A stretch of DNA of 64,000 nucleotides from an uncultured Phycisphaerales bacterium (lineage in GTDB: Bacteria; Planctomycetota; Phycisphaerae; Tepidisphaerales; Tepidisphaeraceae): assembly GCA_963758525.1 (NCBI GenBank), contig CAVWVQ010000003.1:384001-448000 (forward strand), written 5' to 3'. Below are positions 21,005-30,868 of this stretch, in pieces. The notes beneath the pieces were generated by a model. It saw only the letters and a program-made list of their open reading frames with translations. It searched no databases and was not told where the DNA came from. A program made the translations under genes and the position numbers. Every line of letters starts with the position of its first letter. Within the stretch, counting starts at the first letter, position 1.

Positions 21005-22821
21005 ATGGAACTGCCCCGCCGCGCTCGTGGAGACGAGACGCTCAAACCCGGCGAACTGCTCGCCATTCGGAGCCGGCTGCGGCAGGTGGCGCCGGCTCAT
21101 GATCTGGCCACGGTGATCGCCTGCGCGTTTGATCATCGCACGCGCATGCTGCCGTTCATTTACGCCGACACGCATATGGCCCCGGCGGGCGTGCGCGGAA
21201 TCGGCTCGGCGATGGTCGACGCGGGCTTTGCCAAGACGCGCATTGTGTTGCAGCAGTGGAACAAACATTTCCGACCGTCGCGAATGCAGGTGGATGGACG
21301 GATTCCCGATTTGTTCATGGTGTCGAGCATGGGCCTGCACTCGGGCCAGTGCATGGAACTCATCCGCGATGCCCGGCGGATCGATGCCGCCCGGCGGCCG
21401 CTGATCATCGCGGGCGGACCGCACGCGGTGTATCAGCCCTACGAACTTTTCAGCACGGATCCCACTGATCCCAACGGCGCGGACGTTGCCGTCACCGGCG
21501 AAGAATTTGTTCTCATGAGTTTGCTCGAGGTGCTCCTGTCGATGCGCGCCAGCGGCGAGTCGATGCGGTCGGTTTTCTACAGGGCCCGCGACGCGGGAGC
21601 GCTGAGCGAAATCCCCGGTCTGATGTATCCCCGCGGCAGGATGGACGGGCCGGCCGAGGAATTGATCGACACCGGCGTGCAGCGGCTGGTCAGCAATCTC
21701 GACGAACTGCCGGATTCGGTCATCGGTTATCGTCTGCTGGAAGCACCAGCCGTCGCGAGACGCTTGCGAGCCAAGCCCTGGAAGCGAATCGAATCAACAA
21801 GCTCAGCCCGATCAGCTCGATCGTGCTGACCTTCGGCTGCAAATTCAATTGCCCCTACTGCCCGATCCCCGCTTATAACCAGCGTCAGCACCGCCTGAAA
21901 AGTCCGGGACGGATTGCCGAGGAGATGGGGCGACTCAATTCAGAGTATGGGCTGAAGCATTTCTTCGGAGCGGATGACAACTTTTTCAACCACAAGGCCC
22001 GCACGCTCGATATCGTCGAGACGCTGAACCGGGCGGAGGTGGACGGCAAGCCGCTGCGGAAACGCATCCGCTGGTACACAGAAGTAACGGTCCACGACAC
22101 GCTGCAAATGAAGGAGCATCTGCCGTTGGTGCACGACGCGGGGTGTCGCGCTCTGTGGCTGGGCGTGGAGGACATGACCGCCAAGCTTGTGAACAAAGGA
22201 CAGTCGGTCAACAAGACTACCGAGGCTTTTAACAGCCTGCGCAACGCGGGCATCTGCCCGATGCCAATGATGATGCACCACGACAGCCAGCCGCTCTATT
22301 CGCACGGGAGCAACTACGGCCTGCTGAACCAGATCAATCTGCTGCGAAAGGCCGGAGCTGTCTCGCTGCAGGTGCTGATGATGACGCCGTCGGCCGGCAC
22401 AAAACTCTACGAGGGAACATTCACCAACGGGCAAGTGCTGAAGCGCGTCGGCGGCCGCAGCGTCGATCCGCACATGTACGACGGCAATTACGTGATCGCC
22501 AGCAGCCACAAGCGCCCCTGGAAAAAGCAGCTCAATCTGCTGACTGCGTACGCATTTTTCTACAATCCATATCGGCTCGCGGTCCTGCTCCTGCGGGGAA
22601 AAACGAAGGTGTCTGATAAAGCCGCCGGCATGCAGATCATCGGGATGCTGGGCGTGATTCAAACCGCCCGCCGGACTTTCGGCTGGGCGGTTCGGCTGAT
22701 GCTGGGAAGGATCGAGCGCCTCTCAGAGCCGCCGGCCAGCGCCGTGGCGACGCGGAGCAGTTGCGAGAGTGCGGTTGTCAGTCCGGGGTTAGTGCAAATC
22801 TCGGTGCAGCACGCTCATTGA
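21005..22821 (+). CDS. B12-binding-type radical SAM protein (frameshift near 21750)
   Basis: IIAGGPHA, GCKFNCPYC (CxxxCxxC), FFGADDNFF, LGVE. Confidence 0.88.
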
Positions 22822-22893
22822 TCGGACCGGTTCCTCAGCATGAACGCCCAGCCAGATTCTCGAGAGGGTTTCACATGCCTCACATAACTTCGC

Positions 22894-23200
22894 CTATTTC
22901 CACGGCAATCGCGCTCCGTGTCGAAATCTGACGACGCGAACCTCGCCGGCTGCGTCGTCGACTCGATAGTGAATCAGGTAGGTGCCTTCAAAAACGAAAT
23001 TTATGAACGGGGTAGCCCAACTCCTTCGATGCACCGTCGTCGACCGCGTGGCCTTGGAAATCACCCAAGCCATTCATCGCGGCCCGCAATCGATCCTCCC
23101 AAGCGAGCGCGTTGTCGATGGAATCCTGTGCGATGTTGAGCACTTGCCGCAAAATTTCTTCTTCGACGAAGGGAGAAATCTGAACGGGGCGACGTTTCAC
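22894..23200 (-). CDS. RelE/ParE family toxin (one-base frameshift near 22995)
   Basis: N-terminus MKRRPVQISP...IAQDSIDNALAW continues in another frame as EGTYLIHYRVDD...VRVVRFRHGAR; GTGA overlap with the antitoxin. Confidence 0.82.
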
Positions 23201-23508
23201 GTCGCTGCCTTGCTTGGAGTGACTTTCATCGCAAGCAACTTTGCTCGCAGCTCGCCAAAAAATTCATCGACTGGCCGCCCCTTGCCCTCGTCGAATTCCT
23301 TCATCGCTCTACGGATCGCGGTCACATCCCGCGCAACTTCGATCTCCCGGGCCAACTCGTCATAGACGGCGGGGGAAATCAAGACAGCGCGCGCCTCCCC
23401 GTTGACCGTGAGAATCTCCGCATCGCCGGTCTTGTTGAGGCGCTCCATTGTCGCGGCAGCAGTTTTCCGGAACTCGGATAACGATTGAGTGCGTTCGGTG
23501 GCGAGCAT
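23197..23508 (-). CDS. Phd/YefM family antitoxin
   Basis: QSLSEFRK, ILTVNGEARAVLIS..YDEL, C-terminal G.GRP. Confidence 0.88.
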   Translation of the reverse strand: MLATERTQSLSEFRKTAAATMERLNKTGDAEILTVNGEARAVLISPAVYDELAREIEVARDVTAIRRAMKEFDEGKGRPVDEFFGELRAKLLAMKVTPSKAAT

Positions 23509-23526
23509 CAGGACCTCATTTGTTGG

Positions 23527-23567
23527 ATACTAAATTAAGTATGCCACCTTTCCGCAATCGGCTCAAG
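23527..23567 (-). promoter_or_regulatory. TA promoter with operator palindrome
   Basis: TTGAGC-17 nt-CATACT; inverted repeat ATACT-N6-AGTAT (23527-23542) overlaps the -10 box. Confidence 0.6.
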
Positions 23568-23674
23568 CTTTCCTTTCCTGCTCACACTTTTTCCATCGGC
23601 TTATTGAAGTCGTGACATGCTTAAACTGCTGATGCAGGCAGCGATCTCAACCCATGTCTGCTATCGGTGAAGAA

Positions 23675-24868
23675 TCACCGCCGCCGGCGTCCGAAGAAAC
23701 CGGCTCCGTCGAAGAAGGGGAACCCCTGGAATCCGCCGAAGGAGGTGCCGAAGAGGTCGCCGCCGTCGTCCGGCGGCGTGGTGGGATTGCCGTCCTGGTC
23801 GACGGAGATCGTCATGTTGAAAGTAAAGCTCTTGCCGCTCGAGCCGGTCTTGCTTGCGCTGACGTTGACGCTGTAAACGGTGGTGCCGTTCGCTTCGTCG
23901 TAAACCTGGACGCTCTGCGTGCCGGCGATTGGCGTGGTGACGCCATTGTCGGCCGCAAGGGTATTGATCGCATCCTGCACGGTTGACGTGAGGGCGGAGA
24001 AGGTGGTTGTCGTGTGGCTGGGAAGTTTTGTCAGCGTGCCGGCGGCATTGACGGTGACGGTGGTCGAGGTGCCGCTGGTCGTGAAGGTTGTGGAGTAGGT
24101 GAGGACTCCGTCGTTGGTGCGGATGCTGACATTCTGGGTCGAGGTGGTCGCCAACGCATCAGCGCCCGAGGGCCGGGCAGTATTCAAGGCCGTCTGAATG
24201 GTTGTGGGAACAACCGAGAACGGAAGGTTTTCATTGCCGACGGGATTGCCGTTGGCGTCGATGGTGAAGGTTCGGCCGCCGAAGCGCGAGGTGGTGGAAC
24301 TTGTTGCTGGCGTGAAATGCAGCGTGTAGACGGCAGTCCCGCCGGCCGGGGTGCTGACGTGGATGTTGGCCGTCGAGGTGGGAACGGTCAGGTTCAGCGC
24401 CGTGGCAATGGCGCTGGCTTCGGTAGCGACGGCAGAGGGAAGTGTGCCCTCGGTTGTTGTGCTGTTGGCGGGCGCGGTCACGGCATGCCCGTTCTGGTCC
24501 ACGGTGAGAACCGATGTAGTGCCGGTCCCGCTCAAGTTGATCGAATAGGTCTCGATGCCGTTACGGTTGCCCAACAAAACCGTCTGCGTCGAGGTGAGCG
24601 CCGGGGGAGTCAGGCCGTCCTGAGTGGCGAGATTGTCCAGCCCGGTTTGAACCGCGGCAGGCGCCTGGCTGAACTCAACGGAGTTGAGTCCGTGACCAAA
24701 TCCGCCGCGCCCGAAGCCGCCGCCACCGAAACCAAAGCCTCCGAAGCCGAATCCGCCGCCGCCCAAGCCGTGATGAAAAAGCACGCGGTGTTCCAGGCAT
24801 TCCACGGTGATTCCCCTTCCTTGGAGCTGCCGTCGGATATCACGGGTCACTCGGTTTCGATACAGCAT
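23675..24868 (-). CDS. Thr-rich planctomycete extracellular protein with LEPRxLL-type leader
   Basis: VECLEHRVLF leader; internal ~70-aa repeats (P.AVQT.L..LA); Gly/Phe-rich ends. Confidence 0.8.
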   Translation of the reverse strand: MLYRNRVTRDIRRQLQGRGITVECLEHRVLFHHGLGGGGFGFGGFGFGGGGFGRGGFGHGLNSVEFSQAPAAVQTGLDNLATQDGLTPPALTSTQTVLLGNRNGIETYSINLSGTGTTSVLTVDQNGHAVTAPANSTTTEGTLPSAVATEASAIATALNLTVPTSTANIHVSTPAGGTAVYTLHFTPATSSTTSRFGGRTFTIDANGNPVGNENLPFSVVPTTIQTALNTARPSGADALATTSTQNVSIRTNDGVLTYSTTFTTSGTSTTVTVNAAGTLTKLPSHTTTTFSALTSTVQDAINTLAADNGVTTPIAGTQSVQVYDEANGTTVYSVNVSASKTGSSGKSFTFNMTISVDQDGNPTTPPDDGGDLFGTSFGGFQGFPFFDGAGFFGRRRR

Positions 24869-25126
24869 GATCGCCTCCGTTTTTCTTAAGGTTCGCCCTT
24901 ATGTCTTCGCGCCCGATCGGCTGAAAGCTCGTCCGCTTCCCGACGACATAGTTCCGGGGATTTGGGAAAATCTTCCCGAAGATCCGGATTTCTCCATTGA
25001 ATCTGTACAACCTGCCATGGGTTCAGTTGCCAGCCGGCCCAATGCACCGGCACCTGTTGCCCCTGGATGTTAATGGCAAAGTGTGCCGCGCCAAGGTAAA
25101 AATCGCCTCGCTGCCGGCGCTTTGTC

Positions 25127-25729
25127 ATGTGCTTTACCTATTCGAGACCTCTTTCTTTCTCGCTGGCCGTGGTGTCAGTGCTGGGCTGTGCCCAAGACCA
25201 TGTCAACCCGGCGATTGCGCGACCCGAGCTGGCCGTCGTCCGCATCTCCAGCACGCGGTTGGGCTCAAATCCGGGTTGCGGCTTCTTGATCTCGGCCAAC
25301 GGATTGCTGGTCACCACAGCCCGTCTGGCCGCCGGTGACGCCGCAATCGGTGTCACGCTCGCCGACGGGCGAAATCGCGTCGCGACGTTCGTGGAGGAGG
25401 ATCGGGAGGCAGACGTGGCCGTTCTAAAAATCGCCGGGGACAATTACCCCTTTCTGACGCTGCGCAACGATGACAGCGAACCGGTGATGCACATCCGCAT
25501 CGTCGAGCCAACGGGCATCTCCTACGGCCTGTTTGACCGGTGGGAGAACTCGGGCCAGGCGATGGGATTTACCTCGCGCGCCATGCCCGCCGACGCCGGC
25601 GCACCACTGCTGGCCGACGACGGAAGCGCGATCGGCGTCGTCCGCAAAGCGCCGACAAATTCCACGTCGCCGCAACTGGCGACGCCGATCTGGCATGTAA
25701 TCCGGATGCTGCCGGCGCCGGCGAAGTGA
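25127..25729 (+). CDS. Trypsin/HtrA-like domain lipoprotein, catalytic residues degenerate
   Basis: GCGFLIS.NGLLVT, VTLADGR, D...DVAVLKI; VLGC lipobox. Confidence 0.75.
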   Translation: MCFTYSRPLSFSLAVVSVLGCAQDHVNPAIARPELAVVRISSTRLGSNPGCGFLISANGLLVTTARLAAGDAAIGVTLADGRNRVATFVEEDREADVAVLKIAGDNYPFLTLRNDDSEPVMHIRIVEPTGISYGLFDRWENSGQAMGFTSRAMPADAGAPLLADDGSAIGVVRKAPTNSTSPQLATPIWHVIRMLPAPAK

Positions 25730-25768
25730 ATGCTATTCTCCGCATTCGACTGGTATATCATCCATAGC

Positions 25769-27649
25769 ATGAACCGACCGCTCGCCCACTGCTTTTTTCT
25801 CACCATCCTGAGCCTCGCGGCCTCGTTCGCCGGCGCGCAACCTGCGCCTCATGCAAAGCTGTTGGACGCGGCGTTCAACACCAGCGCGCTCCAACCCGGC
25901 CAACAGGCGGTCGCGGCGATCGAACTGGAAATTTCCGAAGGATTCCATGCCCAATCGCATACGCCGTCGGAGCCGACGTTCATCAAATTCGTTGCCAAGG
26001 CGGATGCCGCTGCCGCGCTCACCGCCTACGACCCCATCTATCCGCCTGGCGAAGAGAAGAATTATCCCAACTTGGGAAAGCTCAACGTCTACGCGGGCCG
26101 GGTGATCATCTTTATCCCCGTGCAAGTGAAAAGCGACGCAGCCACCGGCGCGCTCAAATTCTCCGGCACCCTGCGATACCAATGTTGTGACGAGAACGCG
26201 TGCTATCCGCCGACGAAAACACCGTTCACGATCGAGACGACGATCGTGGCGGCGGGACAAAAGGTGAAGGCGCAGAAGCCGGAGCTGTTCAAGGACTTTG
26301 ATCCGACGGTGTTCTCACATCTCCTGCCCGCGACGCGACCGGCCACGCGGCCGACGACGGCTCCCGCAATCGGCGCGGCCGGCGGCGGCGGGCACGCCGC
26401 CGGGCCAACGATCCTGGGGCTCCAGTTGACCGATACCTCATATTTGCTCGCGTTCTGCGCGGCATTTGTCGTGGGGATTATTTTCAATGCGGTGCCGTGC
26501 GTGCTTCCCGTGCTCCCCCTCAAGGCGATCGGGTTTTACGAAGCGTCGCATCACAGCCGGGCGAAGAGTCTGGCATTCGGCGGGTTCTTCAGCGCGGGAC
26601 TCATTGCCTGCTTTGGGGTCCTGGCGCTGCTGGTCGTGGTGCCGCGCTCCGGACACCAACTCGCCTGGGGAGAGCTGTACAGCTACCCGTGGTTCATCAT
26701 CACGATCTCGCTGATCCTTCTTGTGATGGCGATTAGCACGTTTGGAGTATTTACAATCAATCTGCCGCCGGCGATTTACAGCGTGACGCCAAGGCATGAC
26801 ACCTATCTTGGAAACTTCCTCTTCGGCTTTCTGACGGCCGTGCTCTCGACGCCCTGCACCATTGGCATGTTTGTATTGCTGCTGGCGTGGGCAACGCGTC
26901 AGCCGCCGCTCGTGGGGATGCTGCTGGTGATGACCGTCGGCGCGGGGATGGCGTCTCCCTACTTCCTCCTCAGCGCGTTTCCGGAAGTTGCCCGCAAGTT
27001 CCCGCGCACCGGGCCGTGGGCGGAACTGGTCAAGCAGATGATGAGCTTTCTGCTGCTCGCCTCCGTGTTCTATTTCGCCCGCCGGTATGTGCAGGATGTG
27101 ACAGGATCGGATGGATCGTGGTGGGTGCTGTTCGGGGTGGCGTTAATCGCGGGGGGATATCTGCTTTTCCGCGCGTTCACCCTCTCGGCAAAGCTCCTGC
27201 CGCGCGTGATCGCGGTTTGCATCGCCGCGGCGATCGTTGTTCCCTCGTTTTGGTTTGTGAGGGAGGCCGTGAGTCAGCCTTATGTTTGGAAGCCGTATTC
27301 CGCGACGGCACTCATCGACTCCCGCGCAGCCCACCGCGTGGCGCTCGTGGAATTCACTGCGAAATGGTGCGGGAACTGCCAGTATCTTGAAACGTTTGTA
27401 TTGCACGACAAGACGATCGTTTCGGCCGTGAAAGCGCACGATGTCGAGATGCTCAAGGCCGACCTCACGGCGGACGATGCGCCGGGCTGGGCGCTGCTTA
27501 AAGAGCTCAATCCAGTCGCCGCGATTCCGTTTACCGCCGTCTATCCGCCGGGAACGGAAGAGCCGGTACATCTGAGCGGGATTTACTCGACGAACGATTT
27601 GCGCAACGCGATCGATCAGGCGGCGGATACATCGCTGGCGATGAAATAG
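25769..27649 (+). CDS. dsbD: DsbD-like thiol:disulfide interchange protein
   Basis: N-domain QCCDENAC, TM-domain PCVLP and PC, thioredoxin WCGNC. Confidence 0.9.
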   Translation: MNRPLAHCFFLTILSLAASFAGAQPAPHAKLLDAAFNTSALQPGQQAVAAIELEISEGFHAQSHTPSEPTFIKFVAKADAAAALTAYDPIYPPGEEKNYPNLGKLNVYAGRVIIFIPVQVKSDAATGALKFSGTLRYQCCDENACYPPTKTPFTIETTIVAAGQKVKAQKPELFKDFDPTVFSHLLPATRPATRPTTAPAIGAAGGGGHAAGPTILGLQLTDTSYLLAFCAAFVVGIIFNAVPCVLPVLPLKAIGFYEASHHSRAKSLAFGGFFSAGLIACFGVLALLVVVPRSGHQLAWGELYSYPWFIITISLILLVMAISTFGVFTINLPPAIYSVTPRHDTYLGNFLFGFLTAVLSTPCTIGMFVLLLAWATRQPPLVGMLLVMTVGAGMASPYFLLSAFPEVARKFPRTGPWAELVKQMMSFLLLASVFYFARRYVQDVTGSDGSWWVLFGVALIAGGYLLFRAFTLSAKLLPRVIAVCIAAAIVVPSFWFVREAVSQPYVWKPYSATALIDSRAAHRVALVEFTAKWCGNCQYLETFVLHDKTIVSAVKAHDVEMLKADLTADDAPGWALLKELNPVAAIPFTAVYPPGTEEPVHLSGIYSTNDLRNAIDQAADTSLAMK

Positions 27650-27743
27650 CCGCCGAAATTGGAGGGTCGAAGCTCGAATTATCGAATCGAATCCAAGGTC
27701 GAAGCTCGAAAATCCGAATCACTTCATTGCAAAATTGTCATCT

Positions 27744-28199
27744 TTACCAGTTCACTGGGAACCAACTCAGATATCGAGCCAACGCACTGCGGCAGCTCGG
27801 AAAGTCGAATCGCGCGTCACGCAAGCTTTCGTGGATCACGTCGTTTCGATACTCGCGGATTTGATGCGCGGCCGCGAGGTGAGCGCGGTTCATCTGGAGC
27901 CGGCGCGCTATGCTTTCCATCAGATCAGACATTGGCGGCTCCGTGTTGCGGTTCAAGCCGCGCAGCCAATAGTCTCTGAGCGTCGCTTTAAATTCCGAGA
28001 ACAGCCGCAAGGTAAAAGTGATTTCCAGATTCGCCGCGCAGCGATCCAGTTGGGATTCAGTAATACCTCCCCGAATTGCGGCGTCGAGTACCGTACGATC
28101 GCTGTTCCACACCGCGAGAACGTGCTTGATGGCAAGTCGCCCGGCCTCGAATTCGTCACGAACTCGAACGAGCATGTTGAACGCATATTCGCGTGTCAT
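27744..28199 (-). CDS. Predicted HEPN-like protein
   Basis: All-helical 151 aa with an RxxxxH motif (RNDVIH) and upstream LRLFSEF..LRDYW. Confidence 0.65.
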   Translation of the reverse strand: MTREYAFNMLVRVRDEFEAGRLAIKHVLAVWNSDRTVLDAAIRGGITESQLDRCAANLEITFTLRLFSEFKATLRDYWLRGLNRNTEPPMSDLMESIARRLQMNRAHLAAAHQIREYRNDVIHESLRDARFDFPSCRSALARYLSWFPVNW

Positions 28200-28200
28200 C

Positions 28201-28596
28201 TCAGCTCAGGAGGTCGCGGGCAAGTTGAGCGTAGCTTTGTTGATTCCACGGAATTCGCAGGGGCACGTTCGAATCGGTCATGATTTGCCAGGTCTCCTCG
28301 CCGATGAGTTTGACCCGGTTCAACGTTGGATATCCCATCAGATCGACCCGCCCATCGCCGCTGCCGCCGAATAGTGCGATCGGTTCCAAACGCAATTCCC
28401 CTCCGGGAAGTCTTATGTTGAGTTTTGGTGCTTCGTACTCCCCTAAAATCTTGTCGCGAAGAAGCTTTGGCGATCGTTCAACACTCCAGCCTTCCGCTAC
28501 CGACCAACCTTCGATCTGAGCGACCAGCGCCTCCACGCGAGCAATCCACTGATCGCGCCGCTGTTGCAGAACTGGATCAACAAGGCTCTGGGTCAC
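28201..28596 (-). CDS. Hypothetical protein, partner of the HEPN-like gene
   Basis: AAGGAG RBS, GTG start, TATAAT at 28617-28622; 1-nt gap to the next gene. Confidence 0.75.
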   Translation of the reverse strand: MTQSLVDPVLQQRRDQWIARVEALVAQIEGWSVAEGWSVERSPKLLRDKILGEYEAPKLNIRLPGGELRLEPIALFGGSGDGRVDLMGYPTLNRVKLIGEETWQIMTDSNVPLRIPWNQQSYAQLARDLLS

Positions 28597-28702
28597 CGGG
28601 GCTCCTTGACGGTGCCATTATAGGAACGCCATCGCGAGAAATGAAACACGCTTGCAAGTCAGTGACAGCGGCTCCATTGCCGAACCCTGGACCTCCGCCG
28701 GC

Positions 28703-29848
28703 TCAGAACAATTCCGCCAGCACCTTTTGCGCCGCCCCGACACCTGCGCCAAAGTTGACTGGTTTCCCTGCACCCTTCAATACATGCTCAATCGCCGCCA
28801 CAACCGCCAGCGCATCGTAGGCGTCGCTGTAGCCCATGTGATTGACGCGGAAGATCTGGCCTTCCATCGTGCCTTGGCCGCCGGCGATGTGAATGTTGTG
28901 CTTGCTCTTGAGCGCGCCGCGGAATTCCTTGTCCGTCACTCCAGCGGGATAACGCACAGCCGTCACGGAATCGGCCGGCTTCTTGGAGAAGAGCTCAAAA
29001 CCCAGTGCCTTGACGCCCTGGCGAAATGCTTCGGCCGTCAGGTGCGTGCGCTTGCAGACCATCGGAATCGTCTCCGACTCAATCATTTTCAAGCTCACGC
29101 GCAGCGCTTCGATCAGGGTGTTGGCGGGTGTGAACGGCGTGTCGCCGTCGGTGATGCTCTTCTTATATTTCTTGAGATCGAGATAGAAATCCTTCTGGCC
29201 TTTGTTGGCTTCAACAGCGGCCCACGCGCGGTCGGAGAGGGCGACGAACGACAGGCCCGGCGGGAGCATCAGGGCTTTCTGGCTGCCGGTGATGGCAACG
29301 TCGACGCCCCACTCGTCCATCTTGAAGGGCATGGCGCCGATGCTGGTGATGCCGTCGACGATCAGCAGCGTCTCGCCCGAGGCGCGCACCGCTTTGCCGA
29401 TATTTTCCAGGTCGCAGACGGTGCCGGTGCTGGTCTCGGAGTGAACGAGAATTACTGCGTCGTACTTCGCGGCCTTGAGCTCGGTTGCGATCTGCTCGGG
29501 CGTGACGTGGTCGCCGTACTCGACTTTGATGTCCTTGTGCTCGATCCCGTAAGTCGTGCAGACCTGCGACCAGCGCTCTGCGAATTTGCCGTTGGTGACC
29601 ACCAGCGCCTTCTTGCCGGGAGCAAGCGCATTGACGATGCCCGCTTCCGCGGCGGCGGTGCCGGAGCCGGTGATGGTGTATACCGTCGACTTGGTCTGAT
29701 AGACGTTCTGCAGCAGTTTCTGCACCTCGTTGAAGAGCGCGCGAAACTCGCCGGTGCGGTGATGGTGCACGGGCTTGGCCAACTCGAGCAACGTCGCCTC
29801 GGGGACACTGGTCGGGCCGGGGGTGAAAAGGCGGTATTTCATCAACAT
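28703..29848 (-). CDS. Class V PLP aminotransferase (alanine-glyoxylate/serine-pyruvate family)
   Basis: LFTPGP, VHSETSTG, VDGITS, GSQKALMLPPG. Confidence 0.93.
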   Translation of the reverse strand: MLMKYRLFTPGPTSVPEATLLELAKPVHHHRTGEFRALFNEVQKLLQNVYQTKSTVYTITGSGTAAAEAGIVNALAPGKKALVVTNGKFAERWSQVCTTYGIEHKDIKVEYGDHVTPEQIATELKAAKYDAVILVHSETSTGTVCDLENIGKAVRASGETLLIVDGITSIGAMPFKMDEWGVDVAITGSQKALMLPPGLSFVALSDRAWAAVEANKGQKDFYLDLKKYKKSITDGDTPFTPANTLIEALRVSLKMIESETIPMVCKRTHLTAEAFRQGVKALGFELFSKKPADSVTAVRYPAGVTDKEFRGALKSKHNIHIAGGQGTMEGQIFRVNHMGYSDAYDALAVVAAIEHVLKGAGKPVNFGAGVGAAQKVLAELF

Positions 29849-30642
29849 GGTCGGTTCTCCTGCAAAGCTTCGGTCCACTGCTGTTTTAAGAACGACAAAA
29901 CGTGCTTCCCGCCATCGGGAAATTGAGCCAGGTCATTTGACTCGACGGTTATCAGCCCAGAGTAGTTGCCGCGCTGCAGGACGGCAAACAGCGGGCGGTA
30001 ATCGTGTTGTGCGGTTTCTCCGGGAGACCGGCGATCCGCGACGTCCGCGACATGCACGTGGGCGATCCACGGCATCGCCTCCTCGACGTGGGTTATCGGC
30101 TCATTCTCCAGCCATAGGTGATAACTGTCGACCAGACACCTGCACGCCGGATGGTTCACCGCGCGGACGTATTCCATTGCCTCGGCAACAGAATTTATAA
30201 TGTTCGATTCGCCACGATTCATCGGCTCCAGGACGAGGGTAATTCCGCGAGCGGCGCAGATGTCGCTCGCCATCGTGCAAAATGTGATGATCTGATCGCG
30301 AGCGCGACCACGGTCAAACCCGTCGGGCACCGAGCGAGCCGGGCCGCTGCCAAACACGAGGACTTGAATACCTGCCTCGCGCGCGCGATTGGCGATGATC
30401 GTCATATACTTCCGCAGCGCGTCGGCGTCCACCGCCGGCCCCGTGACCTTCAACTCCGGCGGCAGCAGTCGATTGGCCGCAGGGACTGGCAAGGGTGACG
30501 ACCGGGCAAGCTTTGCGCCGGTCCACTGCGAATCGGGAACTTGCACCGACAGAAAGTTCAGAACGATCTCCTCCACGAAATCCCAACCCGCCGCCGCGGC
30601 AACCGCGGTGCGTTCGATGGGAATACAAACTCCAAACCGCAA
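29842..30642 (-). CDS. Sugar phosphate isomerase/epimerase (xylose isomerase-like TIM barrel)
   Basis: VFGSG..R, LEPMNRGE, DSYH, HVHVAD; AGGAG RBS before a TTG start. Confidence 0.88.
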   Translation of the reverse strand: MRFGVCIPIERTAVAAAAGWDFVEEIVLNFLSVQVPDSQWTGAKLARSSPLPVPAANRLLPPELKVTGPAVDADALRKYMTIIANRAREAGIQVLVFGSGPARSVPDGFDRGRARDQIITFCTMASDICAARGITLVLEPMNRGESNIINSVAEAMEYVRAVNHPACRCLVDSYHLWLENEPITHVEEAMPWIAHVHVADVADRRSPGETAQHDYRPLFAVLQRGNYSGLITVESNDLAQFPDGGKHVLSFLKQQWTEALQENRPC

Positions 30643-30789
30643 TTCCGGCTCCTGATGCAAAGCGAAGATCATAGGAAAACCCAGCCGGCGCTGCCAGTCG
30701 ATCCGGGCGATCAAGGAAATGGAAGAGTTGCAAATTGAGGATTGCAAATTGCAAACTGCTTCATGCCGTGTCGCGGCAGCGACTCCTCC

Positions 30790-30848
30790 CCTTCGTGCCT
30801 CCGTGCCTCCGTGCCTTCGTGCCTCCGTGCCTCTGTGCCTCCGTGCCC
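30790..30848. repeat. 8-bp tandem repeat (CCTYCGTG)
   Basis: About 7 copies; a related tract starts at 59898. Confidence 0.8.
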
Positions 30849-30868
30849 CTCCTCCCCTCGTGCCTGAT

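Noticed and set aside
30790..30848. Short tandem repeats (also 59898-60000) as a CRISPR array
   Set aside because: Units of 8-14 bp with no unique spacers and no cas genes
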